Part shown: positions 1-12,300 of the stretch, piece after piece | Layout: each line of letters begins with the position of its first letter | How positions within the stretch are numbered: the stretch's first letter is position 1 | Assembly (NCBI GenBank): GCA_012295275.1 | Contig: CM022665.1 | Location: forward strand, 15,810,001-15,874,000 | Origin: Chrysomallon squamiferum | Taxonomy: Eukaryota; Animalia; Mollusca | Reading direction: 5' to 3' | Length of the DNA stretch: 64,000 bases | The notes under the pieces: generated by a model | The model's database searches: none | What the model saw: only the letters and a program-made list of their open reading frames with translations | Told to the model about the DNA's origin: nothing | Translations under genes and position numbers: made by a program

Positions 1-330
1 AGTTGAAATTCACTACATATAAAAACAGTTATAATAAGAAAAAAGCCTTCCCAAATATAATGAATAAAAGAATCCCCAAAAATCAAACCGAACAAGAAAG
101 AAGAACACACAAAAACCAAATGTTAACAATAATAAAGAAAACAGAAAAAGGAAAGAAAATCTTAAAATTACATCAAAAAATAAACAAGATATACAGACAC
201 AAGAAACCAACATAAAAACCAAAAAAAAAATTAAATAATACTAAAAAAGAAACCCATTATAAATGTTTAGATTAAAAACTTAATATGTAAACTTATTTTA
301 AAAATACAACAAAACAGAAACAGTACTAAC

Positions 331-3300
331 TTGTGTAAATCTATTAAGAAAAGATCGCGGCAAACCCTTTCTTCCACCACCCTGATTTTGTGGATTCTGA
401 CAGGCAAACAGTCTAGTGCTGTTGTGTTTTATGCAGAATGTTCTACCTAGTTCTGGTATGAACAGTTCTCCTCTGTGGTCCAGACAGGCATTTAGGCCCT
501 CTAGAACAGACTGGGATGCTAGATTCAGCTGAAAGCAAAATCAGATCGTCATAAATCATTGATTTCTAAATTTAAATCTTAAAACAAAATGATTAGATTA
601 TAAACAAAGTGGCTGCTGTGAGATCTGTTTTGCTTCTTATCATGTGACCCTTCAGTTCTCAGGTTAGTGCTTTAAGAACATTGGTAAAATCTTATCCATA
701 ATATATCATGAAAATGAAAAAACACACATATATTCAGTATGAAGTTAATGAGTTTATTTTTAATCTCTAACTATCAAAACATAAAATACATAATATTATA
801 TTCAGCTAATACCAGTTTAAATGAATGTCATTTGTTCCAGAAGACTGAGTTACAGTACCTCATCAAGAACAATCCAATGTCCAGCTTTTAGAGCTTGCAG
901 CAGTGGTCCATCCCTCCATGCAAACATGCCTCCTTCGCCTCCCTCCACTGGCAAATCAGCACCAAAGAGATCAGTCACATCCTAAAAAGAAAGAAGGATC
1001 AAGTAATAAATAAAAAAAACTAAATAATGATTATATGTATAATAGGATTATTCCAAGTGAATTGGAATAATTTATTGTATAGAATGACGTTTGCCAAGTC
1101 AAAACCAATATCAAACTATATGCCGAAGTAGGTAACTATGAAATATTACATTTCTTTCTTCCACTAAATGAAAATAAATATTTTATACAAAGTGTGCCAG
1201 TATTTTTTTTAAAAAAATTTAATTTTAATTTATTTATTAATTTATTTTCATTATTTAGTAATATGGAATATCAATGTTAAAAGTACAAACCTGAAAATAT
1301 AGTTATACTTTTAAAATAAACCTAAAAGAACACCATTGAAAAGTTATCTAAAGTAAAATAGCTAAATTAGATCCATACAGCCTCAATATTGCATATGAAG
1401 TAGTTATTTATTATAATCATATAATCAAAAGAATTAACATCAAACTTTGTGTTTGTCAATGAAACCACACCATTAAAAAGTTAGACAATATTGCTTAAAT
1501 GACAAAAATAAAAATTATCTTTACCATGATGTCAACCAATATGGAATAAATAATAGTTGTGCAAAACAAATCTGTTGTGTATACAGGAAGCCTTGCATAA
1601 AAATATATTCCTCATATTTGAAAGAAAACAGCAAGATTATATTATGTTTATTTAATACCACTTCAGTCAAATTTATAAGCCATCATATAAATATCATGTC
1701 TGTACTGTAATGAAAAACCCTTACAAATGTTAGAGTATAATCCACACTGTACAGATTTATTTAGCACTGCAATGAGACACATGAAAAATGTTTTTATCAC
1801 ATGACACTTTTCAGTGCAATTTTCAATATGAGATACAAAAAATGTGTCTTCTGTAAAAATGTATGGTTATGTTTTGACACAAGTTATTATACATATATTT
1901 ATATTATATTACTGATCAAAGTTTGATCATGGTGCTGTTAAAGAGATTCGAAGTTAAATCACAAGTGATAAATAAGTAGTGAAAAATGAAAAACTGATCA
2001 ATAAATGAATAAATAAATATGATTGATGAAATAGCTATTTTACTTTCTTGAAGTTTTTAGTTTATATAAATGAATGAATTTTAACCTAAAAAAAAAACCC
2101 AGATAACATCAAAGTCAACAAGTATGATAAATTCCATTGTACTCACTGTTTGTTCAGACAGGTTAATTCTAACTAGCTGTCTCCTGGCTGATCTTGCTAT
2201 TGCAGCAACCAGACTAGTTTTGCCAACACCTGGTGAACCTTCTAACAGAAGAGGTTTGGTTAGTTGCAGTGCACGGAGAATACGTTGTGCATTCATGCAT
2301 GTTGTTGCAGCCTGGAGGGCATATTTTTCTTCTGAGCTGTTAGGTAAATCACCTGTTAGAAAAAACCCAAGAAATAATTTGTTTTAACTTCATTTGTTTT
2401 CTTACTGATAAAAAATATAAATCAAAACACATAATATTTTTTCATTTGTATGTTTAACAAGTATGTATTAAATAAATAAGTAAATAATTAATAAAAAGAC
2501 AAAGAAAAAGAACTAATGCAAGAAAAAAGAAGAAATATATATATATCACTAAAAAGAAAAGAAAAAGAACAAAAAGAATTCAGATTAACAGCAATTAGAA
2601 ATTGAACTAACCTTTGTCTATGGCAAATGGTGGGATAGAAAAGAAAGTATCTGTTTCAGTAACATACATCTTCACAGCAGAATCATGTGCTAATTTGAGA
2701 TCAGCCAAACTGAATTCATGTCCAGTGAGTTTGTTAACTTGTTCAAGTAAAAAGTCCAAGCATGTTTTACGTGCCACATTAGCGTTGAAGTCATTTCCTC
2801 TCTGTGTGATTCCTAAACAGAGAAATGAATTCAAGATTTATGAAAATAAAAAGATGAAATAAAAAGAACTGCAGTAACAAAAAAACTAATAATTTCCTAC
2901 AAAAACAAGAGATAAATAAATTAAAAACAAAACAAATTTTCGATAAAACAATGGAAACTGATTATTTAATATTAAATTTCACCATTTTACTATTATTAGT
3001 AGTAATATACCATTATTATTATTATTTTCATCATCATCATCATCAATATTTTTCGTTTGTAGTCAATGTTATTATGCCTGTTTGTGTTATTTACTTCAAA
3101 GTTCTATTATATAAATTAACTCAATGCACCTTTCTTTTTTTCATCATGTATAACTTAATTCTTTAACTAATATCATTTGTTTCTTACCAGTTCCAAGACA
3201 GTCTACAAAAACAAGACAAGCTCCATGAATATATGCAACAGCAGGATCAAGATATCTGCCACAGATGTTGATGAACTGTACCCAACTGAGAATATCCCTG

Positions 3301-6300
3301 ATACTGACAGTGATCCTGTAAATAAAAATGACAACATTAATAATAATGAGGTGAGTGAAACAATTGTTTTAAATTTAAAAAGAAAAAAGTAAAAATAAAT
3401 AAATAATACTATTATTAATAGAAATTATTAACAATGAAAACATAATGAAAATTGCTTTGTTATTTGATTATAAAATATTTTAAAAAACAAAATGAAAATG
3501 ATATTTATCTCAAGCCAGGGAACATGTAAATGGCAACAAGAAACACACACACACATATATTTTTTGTCTGTTACAGGCATTATGGATTGAACTTCATATG
3601 TCTTAAGCATGTTTAAAAAATATGGTCACAGTGGAAACCAAATTTGACTATTATTTGTAAGAAACTTACAAGAAATTTAATAATAATAATTTTTATTTCC
3701 AACAACAAATTTTAATTCTATCTCAACTGGAACAATTCAAATGGCCCATGGAAAAAATTTAAACTTTTTTCTCTATATTTTAATATATAAATATCAGTCT
3801 TTTGGGTTTTTTTTGTTTTTTTTAAATCTTAAATATTTTTTCTTTAGTAAAATCAAATAAAAAATTGATGAATTTGGGTTTTTCTTTTGGTTTACCTCTT
3901 TCCAATTTCACTGTTATGAAACCAGTCTATGAAATCCATGATGGCTGCCCCAAATCCACTGGTACCATCTTGCTGGTTAGAGAGACAGATGTCATCGGTC
4001 AGATTGTGTTCAATGATGTCTATCAGATCTTGTCTCTGATTGGCTGGAGGGCACCAGATCTCTGTAAAACGATTCCTTAGTGCAGGAGATAACTGGAATA
4101 AATAAATGAAAGAATTACTATTCATTTAATCTCACCTGAATATATTTTATTATTAATTGTGATTAGGTGATAAGAGAATTTTTGAATTTGTTTTAGTCTT
4201 TTGTACAATGAAATGACAGAGAAGAAAACATTTGCTGTCATTATGCAGATTACTGTTACAGTTGTGCAGCAATGGATCTTTTAACAGCAACTTTTTGCTG
4301 AATGGAAAGGACATATCATGGTTTTGCCATCAGTTAATGCACAATGATTGGGATGGGAATCAGTGTGATAGTGGTACTGAAAAGTATTAAAAAACTTGTC
4401 TTTACTGAACTTAAAACATTTTTTTAATAAAATTAATTTTAAAAATAATAAAAATTAAAAGCAAATTAGGCTAAACATTCCAAAATATGTAAAACAACTT
4501 GGCCAAAAAGAAATTAGAAAATATAATAACATGTGATCAGCGTAAGTTTATCCAATTACTGTTACAGATAACAAATAGCAGTAATTTTAAACCTCAGAGG
4601 CTTTTCATTTTACATATTTAAAGTCAGCAAACTTTATTATGATGTACATTACTGATAACACAATCACTATTGCTACATTACCTCTTTCTTGCCAAAATCG
4701 CCACCAGGATTCATAGTGGCAAAGATTTGAAAACCTTCCTTAGCAACTACATGCTCTACCTCATTCTGGTTGCCATCACCACCACCTTTTTCAGCCAACA
4801 GCAATTTTTGTTCTGGTTCCAGAACGCTGTTCAGTCGCTCAAGAACAGAATCATCAGCAAGAGAAATTTCATCAATCAAAAACATTTCTCCATTTTTCAT
4901 TGCATTCACTAATGGTCCATCCACCCATTCAAAGAGTTTGTGTTCTTTTTCATTCTCCTGCGAGGAAAAATAAATAAAATAAAAAATAGAAAAGAGTCAA
5001 CATTTTGAAACAACATCTATGATATCTGTGGCAGCTATTACTTGCCTTGAAAATCATTTACAAGTTTAGAGCACTGTTATGTTTTCATTTTTCTTTCTTT
5101 TTTTTTAGCTATATTTAAAAAAATAAATATATGAAAAAAATGAAACATTGAATAATTTATTAAAAATACATAATGATAATATTAGAGCTAATCTGCTGCC
5201 AACAATCCATAGAATAAATCAAGAATTATCTTTTATAAGCATATATCAATGGATAGGTAGGCGTATGAATGTGTGTGGGTGTTTGTGTATGTGTGTCTGA
5301 TAATGAGTTATGAAGCTGTGGCTGGGACAAACAATTAAATAGCTCCAAGCTAAATTCTAATTTAAAAAAAAAAAGGGAATACCTCTTTGTCACCATGGTC
5401 CCTGACTGGTCTAAGTCCTCCAAGGAAATCAGCACTTTCTGTGTGCATATGACAGTTTACACTGTGTAGTGTTTTCTGTCGCAGTGCAGCATACATCTGA
5501 CACACAGTTGTCTTACCACATCTTTAAATAAAATAATATGACAGTTAGAATAATGTAGTGGTCTTTTGTCTAACACCCAGCTGACATATTTTAAATGTGA
5601 TTCTAATTTAGTTTTCAATTGACAAATTACCAAGTTTTAAGATTAATGATATGATTAAATTACATTTCATGTGTCTCTTTTAGTATGTTTATGCTTCAAT
5701 TTGATTTTAATATCACTTACCCTGTTTCTCCTACTAACAAGATTGGTTCATGAAACTTAATAGCTTGGCCAATCAAAACAGCCAATCTTCTCATGCTATG
5801 AGTCCAAACTATGTGCTGAAAGCCATCCACTGATTGGCTAACAGCCTCTTGCAGCATGGCAACAGTTGTGGAAGATGTGTTAGTGAAGAGATTGAATAAT
5901 GTTTCAGGTGACACTGTCCTTTTTAAGTGTTTTTTAATGACTTCTTGAATGACACCTGCTTCTTCATGTTTTCTCACTCTCCCTGCCAGCACCATGTAGC
6001 CTAGAAGAGTGAAACAAGTGGATGAATGAAAGAATGGCTGGGTGAGTATATGAATGTTTCTCTGAACTTGCCTTTTTACATATGTAACACATTTTAGAAG
6101 AAGAGCTAGAAGACAAAGGACAAAATGATTTAAAAAGAAAGAAGGAAAAAATTATATACAAGGAAAGAGACATAAGTTAAATGCCAAAGAAATAATACTA
6201 ATATTAATAAATAAATACATTTAAAAACATAGTAACCATAATTAAATAATAATAAAAAAAAAAAACAATGCCAAAAAACAAACTGATTGAAGAGAGAGTA

Positions 6301-9300
6301 AGTTTAAAATAACAGTCTCAGTCTTGCAGGTTATCTAGTATTTTATTTTCACTTTTATTTATAAAGATGCTATAAAATACCACAAAAAGGTGAAATGGCA
6401 ACATACATGCATTACCCACAAATAATGGAAAATTGAAAATGACTTAATATTATTCCAGTTATTATATTGTCAAACTATTATTAGCAAAGATTAATGACTC
6501 AGGCTTTTTGTGAAATGGGTATTCCATATGCTAACTGTTCCTATCACCTCTGTTGAGTAGTAAGTAATAATTATGATAAAAAGTTTGTATATACCATGGT
6601 CAGCAAGATGCTGGTCCCAATCATAAAACTTTTTGCTTGTTCCAGCCCCAGTAGCTTGGTAGCGTTCTGCCCAGCGGAACAAGTCTCTCAGAGTCATAAA
6701 ACCCTGCTTGCCAGCAAAAACACCAGAACTTCGTCTTCTTGTCTGAGATGGTAATAATTATCATGATGATAGCAACACAACAGTTAATATAACAAAAACA
6801 AGAGTTATTATGACCTTAATAAATAATAACAATAATAATAATAATAAATTAATGATTCTTGCAATAACAGCATAAACAATAAAACCACAACCTTAATAAC
6901 AATATAAAGATAAAAAAACTGTAATACTAATATTAATATTACTAATACTAACAATTGTAATAATAATAATAAAAAGAACCAGAAAATGAAGTACATTTCT
7001 AAAATTTAAAAAAATATATATTTATAAAATAAGTGCATTCAGTGATTTTACAATGCTAAATATTTTACCTGCAAATCCAACATGACTGCCACCAAACGTT
7101 TGGCATAAGACATAGGAATGCTGCATCGCTGATGTAAAATTGTCTCCAGTTCTGCACTTGGAAGTTCATCAAAATGGAGCTCAATGAATCGATTTCTGAA
7201 TGCTCTGGATAGCATCTGTTTTTAAATAAACAAATTATGTAATCAAATAAATAAATTTGTAATGGCCTATTCATTAATATCAATGTGCATGATCCAAAGT
7301 ATATTAGCTTTATAGTTATTGAATTAGAATGTATTTGCATTAAGAATTAACAAAGGTTTTATATTTAATTTAATAATAATAATAATAAAAACAGTTATAG
7401 TGTTAGTAGTGTTTGCAATATTAATATAAAAACAATGAAAAAACATAAGAAAAAATGAAATACAATCAATAAAATAAACATAACAAAATGAATTTAAATT
7501 TCTCTTGCAGAATGTTCTCTACAAAGCTATTTAAAATCAATTGTTTATTGTGTTCTAAACATTTAATATTATTTTATGATAACAACATTTGTAGTATTAC
7601 AGTAGCACTAACCTTTAGTGATGCCTATAGAAGTCAGAATTTTGACTGTGAAAATATACTGTGTTATAACAGCATCTACAATGCATCATATTAAATTTAC
7701 AATGACTCATGGGGTCTTGTCTGTTACAGAGAGGTTAATCATTACCTTTCTTCCTCCATATTGGCCAGGAGGATTCTGTGTCGCAAACAACATAAACTTG
7801 GGATGTGCTTTCACTGTTTCTTGTGTTTCTGGTATGAACAGCTCCCTGTTGTCATCTAGAAGCTGAAGGGTTAAAGTGAAAACAAAACAAATAAATAAAT
7901 ATGAAACTAAATTATGTGCATGTAACTTTTTTGAGAAATCAGTTAATAACAAAATGTTAAGAATATATAGATAATGATAGCTAAGTAAATAAAAGGAAGA
8001 TTCAAATTTTAATGATTCACTAAAATAAAAATAAAAAATTCTAAAAAGTCACAAAATTAATTGATATTTGTTATTTCTGGTTCTGCATGAAAATTAATCA
8101 CCTAGCTCAATGCTGATATTTCTTAATGCGACAACATCAGGTCAGCACAAAACACACAAAATAAGAATATACTATAATGAATTAGCCATTATATAATGCA
8201 TGTTAACAATTAAATTTCAATCTGTAACTACTGTTTTAATTAACAACAAATAGATATTAAATATTGTAGTTTTGCATTCTTTTGTTGCACAGTTTCAAAT
8301 TCTGCAGTTTTACAGAAAGGAAAATATGACATTATTATGTATGTAAAGTAGGGATTACACTCATGATATATGAGTATATTATGTACATTACACAGGTTAA
8401 TTTAGCACTGTAATGAGACACATGAAAAATATCTTTATCATATGACACTTTTCAGTGCATTTTTTATCTCATATTCAACACTTTGGAAATTAACAAAAAT
8501 AGTTATTGTAAATACTAAATCCTATGCTGTTATAAGCCAAATCAAGACACAGTAAATTATTTTACAATGATTTAAATTATAAATTTCTTAACACAGATTG
8601 TATTATTTCACTTCAGTTTTCAGAAAGATTGATTAAAATACAAAATTTACCATTAACAAACTAAAGAAATATAATTATTAACAAAGTTTTTTAACTTTCT
8701 ACTTAATGAACTCAAACATAGAGTAACACTCTTAAAATTTATTTTCCCTTCTCACACTAGTTATATTTTTTACTCACCTTAATCAATGAGCCCTACACCC
8801 TAACAGCATTTTACCAAATATATATATATTAAGCATAAACATAATATTAATTTACTTTTTCATAAATTCTGCAGCACCTCCATTAATAACATTAATTTAC
8901 CTTTAATCAACTCTTCAGTAAGTTTAGGCCAAATATTAATTTCCTTTCTACTTTCCAATAATTACTAATGATAACTTACCCTGTCATCAACTATACACCT
9001 TTTAGCAATTTCAGACCAACTAATATTATTTTGGACCATTAACTTACTCTGATTAAAGCTGAAAAAGCTCAAGCCACAAACATTAATTTCTCCTTCAAAG
9101 AAACTATAAATTGCAAACATCAATTTACCCTGTTCAATGCTTCCAAAACATCACTAGGAGCCAGGTTCAGTTCATCCAGAATTATCCAGAACCCCTGTCT
9201 CATGGCTTCCACTAGAATTCCTTCTTTAAACACCAGTTTGCCACTTTCATCTGCTGCATAACATCCCACATACTCCTGTAGATCAGTGTGCTCGTGGTTG

Positions 9301-12300
9301 TTGACGCGGACACATCGATTTCCACTTGCCTTTGATAACCATGTTATCAGACTGGTTTTACCAACTGATGTTTCACCTTGTATCAGAACTGGGTGCTGAC
9401 TTGAAAAGGAAATATAACTAATATTTAATACAGGATATTTTATTAATGACTGTTTTAATATCGTATTTGACTGGTGAAAGATAATGTGTTATACTTGATA
9501 TGTACCTTTTTGATTGGTCAAGGGTAATGTACAATACATCATATATACAATTACGTATGGCTTTCATACCTTTTTTGACTGGTAATGGTAATGTATAACA
9601 CAGAATTATACAATTACTGATGGCTTTCATATTTTTTTTGAGTGGTAAAAAGTAATGTATAATACAAAATATATACAATTATCAGTATCTTCTCTTTTTT
9701 GACTGGTAAAGGGTAATGTATACTACAGGATATATACAACTGCTGATGGCCTTCATACCTTTTTGGAGGGGTAAAATGTTATGTTTTAAAAACTAAAATA
9801 CATTATTTAATCTGTATGATTTATAATCAGTAAATCTCATTCTGGAAAAATAAAGAAAAATAAAAGAAAAATGAAAATACAGTTTGAGTTCTTAAAGAAA
9901 ACTGTTTATACTGTTACAGAAAACACTACTATGATAGTAAAATCAACACAGTACAGATTAATTTAGCACTGTAATGACACACATGAAAAATATTTTTATT
10001 ACATGATATTTTTCAGTGCAGGCTGGTCAATGTGACATATATCATACTTACTCAGTATGTGGAATACTAAAGATATTGGTTTGATACCTTCTCTCACATT
10101 ATATAATATTTTACATAATAGGGCTTGATCTTAGCAATAGTTTTAATGATTATTATATATAACACATGTATATTACACCTACCCAGCAGATACAATTCTA
10201 GCCAGATCTCTGAGATTTTCTCTCACAGATGGTGTTAGGATGTAATCATCTGCCACTGTGGGTTCCAGTGATCCCTGAGAAATCCAGTAGCCTTCAAATG
10301 ATATATACATTCCATCAGGTGGTGCTGGCACTTCATGTTTGAGGATTGACTTGCTATTTGTCTTCCCAATGACGTAATCACATATCAGTTTTCTAACAAC
10401 AGGATGAGAAGATCGATCAAGCTGAGTCAGAAAACTGAGACAGAATCCCTAAAAAATAATTAGTTATATAGTTAATTAAAACATGAGCAAGGTTTATGGT
10501 ATTTAAATGCCATATAATTATTTTCTCTCATAAAATATATATGTTTGTTTGGGTGTGTCCAGGGGTATATCTAGGGGAAATAGTGCCTATGGCAAGCACT
10601 GAAATTGCCCCCATGTCCAAACCTCTGACTCCAATTTTTTTATTCTAATAGAGCATTGTAGTTGGATACAGAATGAACTATTCAAAAAAAAAAAAGAATT
10701 CAAAAGACTTTGTGAAAGTGAAAGTGAACTGAGGAATTAATTTGTGAGGTATATGTGTTTTTAAGGATGAGAAAAACAACTAAATCCAACCACCATTCAT
10801 TAAATAAATGTTTTATTCAAATATATATTTAGGCTTTATATAAGAGTTTTGTTCAAGTAGATATCTAAGACTAAGTATTATACATAGTCATAAATAAGTA
10901 TAATCTACTTAAGCCTGAGGTATGAATATTATAAAATTTACACTGTAATGTTTTTAAAAAGAACATTAAATTCATAGATTACCTTATTTTACTATATTAT
11001 TACAAGCACAATATTTTTACATAATAATTTACGCAAGTTCTTTAACAATCTGATATATTTAGTTGGTTTTTCTAGTCAAGTCAGCACGTACATTCTAGGG
11101 AACATCCACTTACATTTACATATGTCATACAGACTTGCTTTTACCAACCCAGTTTGATACAGTCTTTGTCTTTCTTAATGCAGCCAAAACACTTCATGAT
11201 CTAGTGGCAGTGAATTTGTTTTAGGATACTAATCCTCAAATCAACATGGGAGTTTTTTGTTATTTTTCAAATTGCCTGCCATTGAATCACTGTACCAGTT
11301 GGCGTACTTTTACTTCTCTGTAATGCCTTTATAAATGACCTGGGTAAAAGATCACTGCATGCTATGTGCCTAATAACATGGTAATTTCTTATTTGTCCTC
11401 AAATCGAATGATACCAATTTGCTTGGACCTCAAAGTCTGGACAAATTTAATTACTAACCCTGGTGGGGGGGGGATTTTCTTACTTTTGATTTTCTCCCCT
11501 ACTGTTGCAATGAAATCTTCCTTTTGTTTTTAGAAATTAGATGACATTTTCCTGGCAGCTTTAGTATCTATATGTTTGAGAAATTCAATTCTTTTAGCAA
11601 TTTGTCCAGTACTCTTAACAGAGGTCACCCATGTTGCTAATGCGTTAGCTATGTTATATCACTCTTCTTGGCAGCACTTTCTCTTAGACTAACATCCAAT
11701 AAACTACTAAAATGTTTTGTGTACCAAGTGTTGCCTTTCTCTCCATGCTTGGCTATTTCTGCCCTTATTTCAGGAGAAAAATTATTGTTCTCTCATTTCC
11801 ATTTAATGCCACTATGACTAGTAACAGTTTCAGGTGTTCCACTGCTGTGTACTATCATTTTGCTGTGTCCATTCAGGCAGCTTTACACACAAACCTATCT
11901 TCATGTTACTGGTCTGTTTATGTACTGCAGCATGGTTACAAGTACTTTTTTTACATATATATATTTTTAGCCTCTATATAATTATATAGGTAATTCCATC
12001 CAGTATGGAGTTAGAAGTGGCAGAGACTAAATAATCATACTTATGAATACTTGAAACCCAGTCAACTTAATTATTAAGGGTACTGAGAACTAGTGCTAGT
12101 AGTCCACTGTTCTGACACTGGAACAGCAATATATTCACAGCTGATTATCAATTACAACACCAATTAAACATTTTATTACTTCAAAAGGATCACATAATGT
12201 AACATGGTGAGGAAAATAAATTATATCACACTAGAGGGAATAGTGATTCTGTAACTGAAAACTTCTGATTCATAGCTGTAACACAATTAAATCATAGAAT

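Noticed and set aside
1047-1071. Perfect 10-bp inverted repeat attattccaa/ttggaataat
   Set aside because: Isolated, AT-rich and without further structure; likely a repeat remnant or chance.
4210-4580. Several short hairpins (atgacag/ctgtcat, ttactgtta/taacagcaa, aattactgtta/tagcagtaatt)
   Set aside because: No properly placed H and ACA boxes, and inconsistent strand preference.
8110-8148. CTGATG...GAAA on the minus strand suggesting a hammerhead ribozyme
   Set aside because: The core is not CUGANGA and is lost in the second copy.
9400-9780. Regularly spaced repeats that might suggest a CRISPR array
   Set aside because: Eukaryotic intron; units are degenerate over their full length with no unique spacers and no cas genes.
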